From Candidatus Yanofskybacteria bacterium RIFCSPHIGHO2_01_FULL_39_8b (GTDB taxonomy: Bacteria > Patescibacteriota > Minisyncoccia > 2-02-FULL-40-12 > GWA2-44-9), in NCBI GenBank assembly GCA_001794015.1, contig MGIZ01000020.1, positions 9,876-37,486 of the forward strand: 27,611 nucleotides of DNA, given 5' to 3'. Under the pieces are notes generated by a model that did no database searches, was not told the origin of the DNA, and saw only the letters and a program-made list of their open reading frames with translations. Positions 16,211 to 24,789 of this stretch are shown here, piece by piece. The stretch's first letter is position 1. Each line of letters opens with the position of its first letter. A program made the translations under genes and the position numbers.

Positions 16211-16996
16211 ATGATCAAAAAAGTAATACTCTTGGGGAGAAAAAAGGGCGCCGCACAAGCCCTAAAATGGCTGGTAGATAATAAAATCAACGTTCCTTTT
16301 GTCGTGGCCGACCAGAATGAAAACAAACCTGAATGCCTAGGCGTTACCGCAAAAAAGTTAGCAATACCAACCTATTTTGACGATCAAGTTATATATAAGA
16401 TGATAGAGAATAGAGATAAAAGTCTGGAGAACATTGATCTAATTATTTCATATCTCCATCCTAGAAAAATAAAAGAGCCCCTTTTTAAACTTGGCGGGCT
16501 GGGCTGCATAAACTTCCACCCCGCTCCCCTGCCTGAATATAAAAGCCGAGCCGGATATAATACCGCCATTCTTGACCAAAAAGATAACTTTGGTGTCAGT
16601 GCTCATTTTATCAATTCTGAAAAATTTGATTCCGGACCAATAATTCAAGTTCTTAGATTTCCAATTGACCCCTTAACAGAAACCGTATTAGCTCTCGAAA
16701 AAAAATCCGGAGAAAAACTTTTTGAGCTTTTTATAGAAATAATGAAACTTTTTATGGAAGGCCGGCTGATTGAAACAAAGGAAAACCATGGTGGACTTTA
16801 TCTTACAGCAAAAGATTTAGAAAATTTAAAGATAGTTAATCCGGACAAAGATTCAGCTGAAGACATAGACAGAAAAATAAGAGCATTTTTCTTCCCGCCT
16901 CATCATGGAGCAAAAATAATCCTGGCTGGAAAAGAATATACCTTGCTCAATAAAGAAATGTTGGAATATTTAGCCACCCTTATTAATAAAACATGA
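16211..16996 (+). CDS. N10-formyl-THF-dependent formyltransferase, probably a sugar N-formyltransferase
   Basis: DLIISY, catalytic INFHPAPLPEY (Asn, His), GVSAHF, FDSGPII (Asp), and IRAFFFPP in the C-terminal part. It overlaps the aminotransferase start (ATGA). Confidence 0.85.
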   Translation: MIKKVILLGRKKGAAQALKWLVDNKINVPFVVADQNENKPECLGVTAKKLAIPTYFDDQVIYKMIENRDKSLENIDLIISYLHPRKIKEPLFKLGGLGCINFHPAPLPEYKSRAGYNTAILDQKDNFGVSAHFINSEKFDSGPIIQVLRFPIDPLTETVLALEKKSGEKLFELFIEIMKLFMEGRLIETKENHGGLYLTAKDLENLKIVNPDKDSAEDIDRKIRAFFFPPHHGAKIILAGKEYTLLNKEMLEYLATLINKT

Positions 16997-18120
16997 ATAA
17001 ATATCCAATCGCTAAACCATATATAACTAAAGGAGAAAAACAAGCAGTGCTTGATGTTTTAAATTCTGGGAACTTGAGTCTGGGACCATTGCATAAAGAA
17101 TTTGAGAGAAAATTTGCAGAAAAAATAGGCACAAGGTATGCCTGTTCAGTTTCAAGCGGAACCGCCGGTCTGCATTTAGCTATGATTGCGGCTGGGATAC
17201 AATCAGGGGACGAAGTCATTACGTCCCCTTTTTCTTTTATAGCCTCGGCAAATTGTATTCTATATGTCGGAGCCAAGCCAGTTTTTGTTGATATAGATCC
17301 CATTACATACAATATGGATCCTGGGAAAATCGAGCAGGCTATAAATAAAAAAACTAAAGCGATATTGGTGGTTCATATCTTCGGGCAATCAGCTGACATG
17401 AGTCCAATAAAAAAGATAGCCAAGAAATATAACTTAAAAATAATAGAGGATGTCTGTGAATCTATATGCGCCAAATATAGAGGAAAAACCGTAGGAACTT
17501 TCGGGGAATCAGCCGTATTCGCATTTTATCCAAATAAACAAATGACTACAGCCGAAGGCGGGATGCTGGTTACCGATAAAAAATCCATATACAAAGTGGT
17601 TAACAGTCTAAGAAACCAAGGCCGATCCGATAATATGCAGTGGCTTGATCATCAAAGACTTGGTTATAATTATAGGATGAATGAGGTAAGCGCCGCTCTT
17701 GGATTGGCCCAGTTATCCAAACTGGATTACATGATTGCCGAAAGAAAAAAAATAGCCTTACTTTATAATAAATATTTAGAAGAATATGACTCTCTGGTTC
17801 AAGTTCCTCAAATACATGAATTAAATGACCATACTTGGTTCGTATATGTAGCAAAAATTAAAAATATAAAATCCGAATCTCAGCGAAATAAAATAATTTT
17901 AGCCATGGAAAAGAAAAATATTGCCACAAAACCCTATCTTCCCGCAATCCATCTTTTTAGTTTTTACAAAAATAAATTCGGATATAAAACAGGCGATTTT
18001 CCTATTACTGAAGAAATCAGTCGATCTTCTATAGCTCTCCCTTTCTATGTAGGGTTGAAAGAAAAAGATATTAAATATATAGTGGAAAAGCTGGTAAATA
18101 CTATAAAAAGTTATGTCTAA
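16993..18120 (+). CDS. DegT/DnrJ/EryC1/StrS PLP-dependent sugar aminotransferase
   Basis: SSGTAGLHLA, EVITSPFSFIASAN, PVFVDID, IIED, FAFYPNKQMTTAEGG (PLP lysine), GYNYRMNEVSAALG, LPFY. Confidence 0.93.
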   Translation: MNKYPIAKPYITKGEKQAVLDVLNSGNLSLGPLHKEFERKFAEKIGTRYACSVSSGTAGLHLAMIAAGIQSGDEVITSPFSFIASANCILYVGAKPVFVDIDPITYNMDPGKIEQAINKKTKAILVVHIFGQSADMSPIKKIAKKYNLKIIEDVCESICAKYRGKTVGTFGESAVFAFYPNKQMTTAEGGMLVTDKKSIYKVVNSLRNQGRSDNMQWLDHQRLGYNYRMNEVSAALGLAQLSKLDYMIAERKKIALLYNKYLEEYDSLVQVPQIHELNDHTWFVYVAKIKNIKSESQRNKIILAMEKKNIATKPYLPAIHLFSFYKNKFGYKTGDFPITEEISRSSIALPFYVGLKEKDIKYIVEKLVNTIKSYV

Positions 18121-19108
18121 TTTTTTTAAAAATAAAACCATATTGGTCACCGGCGGCACCGGTTCTATAGGCTCCAAAATAGTGAGGCAGGCTTTAGCCT
18201 ATCAACCTCGCCAAATTAGAATCTTGTCTCGCAACGACAGTAAACAATATCATTTTCTGGAGAAACTTGACCATCCTAAAAATATCAGAATGCTTATAGG
18301 CGATATAAGAGATTCTAAGCGCCTTGATTTAGCCTTTGAAAATGTAGATATTGTCTTTCATGCCGCAGCCCTAAAACACGTCCCTCTTTGTGAATATAAT
18401 CCGCTTGAAACTATTAAAACTAATGTTTTCGGCTCCCAAAATGTGATAGATGCTGCCTTCAAAAATAATGTGAAGAAGGTCATAGCCATATCTACCGATA
18501 AAGCAGCTAACCCGGGCAATGTTATGGGTTTATCGAAATTAATGATGGAAAAGCTTTTGACGAACACCAGCTATTTTTCCAAAGATAAAACTAAATTTTC
18601 CTGTGTCAGGTTTGGGAACGTCGCCTGGTCGGAAGCATCGGTTCTGCCGCTATGGAAAAAACAAGCCGATAAAAACGGACAAATTAATCTCACCGATAAA
18701 AACGCAACCAGATTTTTCATGTCCATAGACCAGGCAGTTAAGTTGGTGCTTAAAGCAGCCGAATTGACCCAGGGCGGTGAAGTTTTTATTCTTAAAATGC
18801 CGTCAATTAAAATGGCGGATATGGCAAAAATATTTTTAAGCAAGCACTTTGGCGGCAGAAAAGTAAAAATTAAATTAATAGATAACAGAATCGGCGATAA
18901 AACTCATGAAGAGTTATTCGATTTTAATGACAACCAGAAATTGATCCTTGAGGATGATAAAATGTTTATAATTATCCCAAAAGAAAAAACCCACTACTAT
19001 TCATTCCAGCCCAGATTGTCTTTCTATAAAAATTTTTCACAGACCGATAAAAAAACCTTCTCGTCTCGAGACAGTATTGATAACGAAGCCGTCAGCTCAT
19101 TGGTTTAA
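18113..19108 (+). CDS. Nucleotide-sugar (UDP-GlcNAc-type) 4,6-dehydratase, Polysacc_synt_2 / PglF-CapE-PseB superfamily
   Basis: LVTGGTGSIG, IGDIRD, FHAAALKHVP.CEYNP.E..KTN..G, STDKA, NVMGLSK, VRFGNV, TRFFM, GGEVFILKM. Confidence 0.9.
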   Translation: MSNFFKNKTILVTGGTGSIGSKIVRQALAYQPRQIRILSRNDSKQYHFLEKLDHPKNIRMLIGDIRDSKRLDLAFENVDIVFHAAALKHVPLCEYNPLETIKTNVFGSQNVIDAAFKNNVKKVIAISTDKAANPGNVMGLSKLMMEKLLTNTSYFSKDKTKFSCVRFGNVAWSEASVLPLWKKQADKNGQINLTDKNATRFFMSIDQAVKLVLKAAELTQGGEVFILKMPSIKMADMAKIFLSKHFGGRKVKIKLIDNRIGDKTHEELFDFNDNQKLILEDDKMFIIIPKEKTHYYSFQPRLSFYKNFSQTDKKTFSSRDSIDNEAVSSLV

Positions 19109-20091
19109 TGTCTATGGCTATGTTTAAAGTTTATATCATTGGCGCCGGTCAGATTGGAAGTCGTCATCTTCAGGCTCTAAAAAAGACGTCATTTCCTCTT
19201 GATATCTCGGTCATCGACCCATCTCCTGAATCTCTTAAATTAGCCGCTGAAAGATATGATACGATTTCAGTTGAGAGAGAAATCCACAGGATAAGTTTTA
19301 TAAAAAACATGGCCAGCGGGGAATCGATTGATTTGGCGATAGTAGCGACAACCTCTGATGTAAGAGCTGGCATTTTAAAACAATTAATTAAAAAAAATAA
19401 GGTAAAATATTTAATTCTGGAAAAAATATTGTTCAACAAAAGAAAAGATTATGAAATAATTCAAAAAATTATAACTAAGAATGAGATAAAAGCCTGGGTA
19501 AATTGTCCTATCAGGATTATGCCTTTCTATAGAAATTTAAGAGACAAATTGGGTAGCAATATATTATTTTACGCTCATAGCGGAAAACCAGTTTTAATGG
19601 GCAGCGCTATTCATTATATTGATTACATGTCCTATCTGACCAGATCATTAGATTTTAAAGTTGACACCAGCTATCTTGACCCCAGGCCAATTTCAAGCAA
19701 AAGAAAAGGATTCTTTGAAATTACTGGAACTTTGATAGTAAAATTTAAAAATAAAGGTCAGGCCATATTTAGTTTCTCCAATAAAGGAAGCAGCCCTATA
19801 ATTATTGACATTTCCGACGATTCAAAATTCAGAACAATAATTAAAGACTCGGAAAATAAAGCTTGGACATCCGATAGAGAAAATAACTGGCAATGGAAAG
19901 AAACTGATATGCAATTTTTAATGCAGAGCCAAATGACCAATCTATTGGTAGAAAATATAATTGGCACGGGCAACTGTAACTTGATTACATATAAAGATTC
20001 GGCTAAATTACATCTTAGTTTTTTAGAATCATTAAGGTTATTTCTAAATAAACATTCGGGTAAAAAATATAACTATTATCCGTTTACATGA
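19108..20091 (+). CDS. Gfo/Idh/MocA-like NAD(P)-dependent oxidoreductase
   Basis: YIIGAGQIGSRHLQAL, AIVATTSDVR, LILEK. TAATG stop/start overlap at 19106-19110. Confidence 0.8.
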   Translation: MSMAMFKVYIIGAGQIGSRHLQALKKTSFPLDISVIDPSPESLKLAAERYDTISVEREIHRISFIKNMASGESIDLAIVATTSDVRAGILKQLIKKNKVKYLILEKILFNKRKDYEIIQKIITKNEIKAWVNCPIRIMPFYRNLRDKLGSNILFYAHSGKPVLMGSAIHYIDYMSYLTRSLDFKVDTSYLDPRPISSKRKGFFEITGTLIVKFKNKGQAIFSFSNKGSSPIIIDISDDSKFRTIIKDSENKAWTSDRENNWQWKETDMQFLMQSQMTNLLVENIIGTGNCNLITYKDSAKLHLSFLESLRLFLNKHSGKKYNYYPFT

Positions 20092-21026
20092 TTTTACTAG
20101 TCGGCGCAGGCTACATGGGACAAGAATACGCAAAAGTTTTGAAATCTATAAATGTAGGTTTTATTGTCGTAGGAAGAAGTGAAGAATCGGCCAAACTATT
20201 TGAGGATAAGATCCAGACTTCAGTAATAACGGGGGGGCTTATAAAATGGCTAGAACCTAAGCCGCCAGTCCCCCGCTTTGCCATCATCGCCACAAATGAA
20301 GAAAACCTAGGAGCTTCAGCAAGAGAACTAATCAGATATGGAATAAAAAATATTTTGATTGAAAAGCCTGGAGGAATAAACCTGGCTGACATCAAAAAGA
20401 CTCAAGCCTTAGCCAACAAGCATCGGACTAAAATTTTTATAGCTTACAACAGAAGATTTTATGCATCTGCCATGAGAGCGAAGGAAATAATTAAAAAAGA
20501 TGGCGGAGCGCTATCATTCACTTTTGATTTTTCAGAAAGAAGCCACTTGATAAAAAACTTGAACAAACCAAAAATGGTAAAGAAAAATTGGCTAATTATG
20601 AATTCAAGTCATGTAATTGATATGGCATTTTTTCTTGTGGGTCATCCCAAAAAATTATATTCCCAAGTGGGGGGTAAAAATATCCTGCCTTGGCACCCCA
20701 GAGGATCAATTTATTCCGGTTACGGAATCGTAAATCCGGACATCTTATTTTCCTATCATGCCAACTGGCAATCTCCAGGAAACTGGAAAATTGAACTATT
20801 AACAAAGAAAAATAAATTAATCTTTATGCCCCTTGAAGAACTAAAGATCCAAAGGATTGGACATCCTATCGAAAACTTAAAATTAAACAATGAGTTGGAT
20901 GCCAAATTTAAACCGGGACTATATGCAATGACTAAATCATTTTTGACAAACAGCCTATTCTTAAAAACTATAGAAAATCAATTGAAGGATATCGAAAAAA
21001 TATATAATGTGATAGGCTCATATTAA
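20088..21026 (+). CDS. Gfo/Idh/MocA-like NAD(P)-dependent oxidoreductase
   Basis: LLVGAGYMG.EY, ILIEKPGG, IAYNRRFY, NSSHVID.AF. ATGA overlap with the upstream gene. Confidence 0.8.
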   Translation: MILLVGAGYMGQEYAKVLKSINVGFIVVGRSEESAKLFEDKIQTSVITGGLIKWLEPKPPVPRFAIIATNEENLGASARELIRYGIKNILIEKPGGINLADIKKTQALANKHRTKIFIAYNRRFYASAMRAKEIIKKDGGALSFTFDFSERSHLIKNLNKPKMVKKNWLIMNSSHVIDMAFFLVGHPKKLYSQVGGKNILPWHPRGSIYSGYGIVNPDILFSYHANWQSPGNWKIELLTKKNKLIFMPLEELKIQRIGHPIENLKLNNELDAKFKPGLYAMTKSFLTNSLFLKTIENQLKDIEKIYNVIGSY

Positions 21027-21027
21027 A

Positions 21028-21921
21028 ATGACCATTTTAAAAAAAATAAATCACGTACCTCAATATATTTACAGAAATATATTATATCCCAAGATTTTGA
21101 GCTGGAAACTAAAAAATACCTTAGAAAAAAACAGGGAACTTAAAGATAAATATGACAATAAACGTTGTTTCATACTAGGCAATGGTCCCTCTATAAAGAA
21201 TCTGGGTATAACTAAATTAAAGGACGAATTTACTTTCGTAATGAATGAGTTTAATTACCACAGTCAGTACGGACTATTAAATCATAATAATCACGTCCTC
21301 TCTGACACTGCTTATTTTTCTAAAGATGAAGAAAGTTATTTTGTAAAGGAACTTAAAAATAAATCCAAATTAACCAATTCGAATACTGTTTTTTTTCTAA
21401 ATATTTATGGCAAAGAAGAGGTGGAAAAGAAGAATCTTTTTCAAAAAAATAAAGTTTTATATTTTGGGACACAAGGAATAATAAGTGATAAATTTGACTT
21501 TAATATCGAACTGGATAAATTTCTGCCTTGGCCAAAAAATTCTCTATTATTATGCTTAATAATTGCGTCTTATATGGGCTTTAAAAAGATATATCTGCTT
21601 GGCTGCGAACACAACTTTTTATGTTTTAACATAAATGGCAAAACTTCTACGACTTATAATCATTTTTACGATAATACCCAACTCCTTAAAGAAGTAAGGC
21701 GCGTAAACAACTCGGATGATATATCAGATCCAGCCCTAAAAAAACGAAAAAAGTTGACTTACGAAGAAAACATCGCCAATGCGCTGCAATTGTTTAGAAA
21801 CTACAGGCTTTTTTACCAAAAAATTAAAAAAACTAAGCCGGATATTGAGATATATAATGCTACTCCGGATAGTTTTTTAGATGTTTTCCCAATGATAAAT
21901 TTTGAAGATATTAAATTTTAA
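21028..21921 (+). CDS. DUF115/Maf-like protein (CstII/GT42-like fold); candidate nonulosonate transferase
   Basis: KRCFILGNGPSI..L...KLKDEFTF.MN and A.YMGFKKIYLLGCEH, typical of the DUF115/MptE-like family found in glycan loci. Confidence 0.65.
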   Translation: MTILKKINHVPQYIYRNILYPKILSWKLKNTLEKNRELKDKYDNKRCFILGNGPSIKNLGITKLKDEFTFVMNEFNYHSQYGLLNHNNHVLSDTAYFSKDEESYFVKELKNKSKLTNSNTVFFLNIYGKEEVEKKNLFQKNKVLYFGTQGIISDKFDFNIELDKFLPWPKNSLLLCLIIASYMGFKKIYLLGCEHNFLCFNINGKTSTTYNHFYDNTQLLKEVRRVNNSDDISDPALKKRKKLTYEENIANALQLFRNYRLFYQKIKKTKPDIEIYNATPDSFLDVFPMINFEDIKF

Positions 21922-22682
21922 TGTTCTTTACTTTTTTAAAACTCAGATTTAATCGCAAACTTCTAAGAAGATTTGGTGTCAGAAAAACAAAAATTCTGAA
22001 CTTTAGCGTCTATTATAACGATACCCGGTCATTGTTTTCAGAGTTTAAAAATATTTTCATAGACAAAATCTATCATTTTACCGCCGCCACGGAAAATCCA
22101 ATTATAATCGACGGCGGCGGACACATAGGTTTATCTGCATTGTACTTCAAAAAGATCTATCCTTCTGCCAAAATCATCATATTCGAACCCGACGCTGTTT
22201 CCATTGAGTTACTCGAAAAAAATATCATTTCCAATGATCTTAATGATGTTAAAGTTATTAAATCGGGCCTATATTCCAAAGATGGCAAGGTAAATTTTAT
22301 TGCCAATCAAACTGACGCAAGCAAAATTACTGAATCAGGCAACCAAGAAATTCAAGTTGAGAAATTAAGTAAACACATAACTTCTGAAGTAGATTTTATA
22401 AAACTCAATATTGAGGGTTCGGAAGTTGAGGTCCTTGGAGATCTGGAGTTAAATAACAAACTTAGAGATATTAAAGAAATGTGCATTGAATGGCACTCAT
22501 TTGCAAAACAAAATCAGAACTTAGGGGAATTGCTCAATATTTTAGAAAAAAATAATTTTAAATACCTCATAAATCATTTTGATTATCGCGTAAACAAAGT
22601 ACTCAAACCACCATTTAAAATATTTGATAAAACACAATATTACCTCTTAATACACGCAAAAAGAAAAGATCTCTTGGCATAA
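21921..22682 (+). CDS. FkbM family SAM-dependent methyltransferase
   Basis: IIDGGGHIGLSALYF, IIIFEPD...L.LL..N, DFIKLNIEGSE..VL, IEWH. Confidence 0.88.
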   Translation: MFFTFLKLRFNRKLLRRFGVRKTKILNFSVYYNDTRSLFSEFKNIFIDKIYHFTAATENPIIIDGGGHIGLSALYFKKIYPSAKIIIFEPDAVSIELLEKNIISNDLNDVKVIKSGLYSKDGKVNFIANQTDASKITESGNQEIQVEKLSKHITSEVDFIKLNIEGSEVEVLGDLELNNKLRDIKEMCIEWHSFAKQNQNLGELLNILEKNNFKYLINHFDYRVNKVLKPPFKIFDKTQYYLLIHAKRKDLLA

Positions 22683-22706
22683 TTCCTTATTACTAATTTC
22701 AAAACA

Positions 22707-23492
22707 ATGTTAGGATTCATAAAAAGAATAATAAAAATTCAAAAAAATATCCTCAATAGAACCAGAAACAGATTAATCCCTACCGCATATATTCTTCTCT
22801 ACCATAGAATAGCAGATGTTAAAGATGACCCGTTACAACTTTCTGTTAACCCTGAAAATTTCAAAAATCAACTTCTATATTTGAAGCAGAAATATAATAT
22901 AGTCCCCTTAGTCCAACTCGTCATGTGGCTAAGAAAAGGCGGGCTTAAAGACAACTCGGTTGCAGTAACTTTTGATGACGGCTATGCTGACAATCTCCAT
23001 AATGCCCTGCCCATATTAAAAGAGTTGAACGTCCCCGCTACAATTTTTATTACTTCTGGATATATAAGTTCCAATAAACATTTCTACTGGGACGGCAATA
23101 CAAGACCCGAAGACCGAGGCCGGCCGCTTACGCATGATGAATTGATTGAACTGGCCAAATGCAATCTAATCGAAATTGGCGCTCATACCATATCCCACCC
23201 GCGCTTGTCTGCCTTGCCCTTGCCCAAACAAGAGGAGGAGATTAATGGAAGCAAAAAACAAATCGAGAAAGTATTAAACTATCCTCAAATAAGCCTTGCT
23301 TATCCCTTTGGTGATAAAGAAAGTTTCGATAAAAACGCCATTGAAATAGTAAAAAAATCCGGATTCAACTATGCCTGTTCAAACATCCACGAAAGAGTAA
23401 CTAAAAATTCTAACTTATATGCTCTTCCCCGATTTGTCGTAAGGAATTGGAACGAAGAAAGATTTAAAAAAGAATTTAATAATTTTATATAA
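22707..23492 (+). CDS. Polysaccharide deacetylase (CE4/NodB domain)
   Basis: ILLYHRI, VTFDDGY.DN...ALPIL...NVPATIF, EIGAHTISH..L, AYPFG, LPR. Confidence 0.88.
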   Translation: MLGFIKRIIKIQKNILNRTRNRLIPTAYILLYHRIADVKDDPLQLSVNPENFKNQLLYLKQKYNIVPLVQLVMWLRKGGLKDNSVAVTFDDGYADNLHNALPILKELNVPATIFITSGYISSNKHFYWDGNTRPEDRGRPLTHDELIELAKCNLIEIGAHTISHPRLSALPLPKQEEEINGSKKQIEKVLNYPQISLAYPFGDKESFDKNAIEIVKKSGFNYACSNIHERVTKNSNLYALPRFVVRNWNEERFKKEFNNFI

Positions 23493-23500
23493 TAATCCCG

Positions 23501-24712
23501 TTAATCGTAAAGGATGGAGGAATAAAGTTCTAAATATTTTTGGGCCATGAGTTCGAGCGAGAAATTTTGACTTGCCCCAATAGAAGAACTATTTCTCATA
23601 CTTTTCAACTCATGGTCGGGAAGTGAAAGAAGGAACTCAAGACCAGCAGAAAGCTCTTCTGATTTTTTATATCCGGCAATGTAACCGGTTTTTTTATGTT
23701 CAACTAATTCAGATATTCCGCCAGTATTAAATGATAAGACCGGCAATCCGCAGGCTTGAGCCTCAAGAACAACGAGAGGACAATTATCAGCAATCGAGGG
23801 ATAAAGGAGAATATCTGAAGCTGAATAATATTTTGCCATAACTTTTTCATCATTAATGTATGGTACGATCTTAAGATTTGGCATTGAATCATCTTCTTTA
23901 ATGCCTCCGAGATCAATAAAACATATGTCGTTCCTGTGTTTGTATTTGTTAACTATATTCTGAAAATAATTACCGCCTTTCCAGGGATTAGATTGTCCCC
24001 TTTTAGCAACGATCAAAATTATTTTTTTATCCTGGGGTAATCCAAGTTCATCCCGAGACTGATCTTTCGACAAAGATTTAAAAATATTTGTATCAATCCC
24101 ATTATAGATTACGGTTATAGGCTTATTCGCTAGTGTGCTTTGGCCGACTTTGTCTGCAAGCCATTTTGAGGGCGTAACAATATGAAAATTAGATTTTGAA
24201 TATACTTGTTCTTTAATTTTCTCTAAATATTTTTCATTATGCCAAGCGATTGGCGGATAGATCTCTAAACTTGGGCAGGTAAAAAATCCGCTGTTCTTTA
24301 AAGCACCATCGAATGAGTGGGCGCAATGGGCAGTAATCGGCCACATATCGTGGAATGTCCATATTACGGGTTTTGAAGCTGAGATTTTTATCAATGTTTT
24401 TAAATTAAAATAATTTGAATGAAGATTGTGACAATGTATTATATCTGCCTTCTTAAATTCATTCATCTTTAGAATATGATCTGAATGAAAAAGATCTATA
24501 TCATTAGCCAAATAATAAGTCAGTTTTTTTAAAAGCCTTCTCTTGAAATCGTTATATGGCCGAATTGGGACAACATTATCATCCAAAGAATATTTTCGAG
24601 AAACCAAAAGTACAGACCCGTGTCCCTCTTTTTCCAACTCTTTTCCGAACCGATAGGCAACCTTAGCCGCTCCCCCTCGGATATCAGCTGTATTAATTTG
24701 AAGTATATTCAT
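23501..24712 (-). CDS. GT4 family glycosyltransferase
   Basis: MNILQINT.D..GGAA, IIHCHN, WTFHDMW..T.HC, VTPS.WL, VIYNGID, YPSIADNCP...LEAQACG.PV..F..GG..E. The start is placed at 24712; the track starts at 24736. Confidence 0.88.
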   Translation of the reverse strand: MNILQINTADIRGGAAKVAYRFGKELEKEGHGSVLLVSRKYSLDDNVVPIRPYNDFKRRLLKKLTYYLANDIDLFHSDHILKMNEFKKADIIHCHNLHSNYFNLKTLIKISASKPVIWTFHDMWPITAHCAHSFDGALKNSGFFTCPSLEIYPPIAWHNEKYLEKIKEQVYSKSNFHIVTPSKWLADKVGQSTLANKPITVIYNGIDTNIFKSLSKDQSRDELGLPQDKKIILIVAKRGQSNPWKGGNYFQNIVNKYKHRNDICFIDLGGIKEDDSMPNLKIVPYINDEKVMAKYYSASDILLYPSIADNCPLVVLEAQACGLPVLSFNTGGISELVEHKKTGYIAGYKKSEELSAGLEFLLSLPDHELKSMRNSSSIGASQNFSLELMAQKYLELYSSILYD

Positions 24713-24759
24713 ATGAGTACTTCTAACGGGATTCATCCCCTATAATTAAATCATAAACC

Positions 24760-24789
24760 AAAAAAACGTAAAGGCGCCGAGTGGCGCCT
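24760..24789 (-). terminator. GC-rich hairpin at the stop of the GT-B gene; possible weak terminator or processing site
   Basis: AGGCGCC (24772-24778) and GGCGCCT (24783-24789) with a 4-nt loop. On the minus strand it is followed by TTACG and then T7. Confidence 0.35.

Noticed and set aside
16211-16996. Methionyl-tRNA formyltransferase (fmt)
   Set aside because: It is shorter than a typical Fmt, has no def or rsmB context, and is translationally coupled to a sugar aminotransferase.
21028-21921. 6-hydroxymethylpterin diphosphokinase (MptE) function
   Set aside because: This is a common automated label for DUF115 proteins, but there is no pterin or folate context here.
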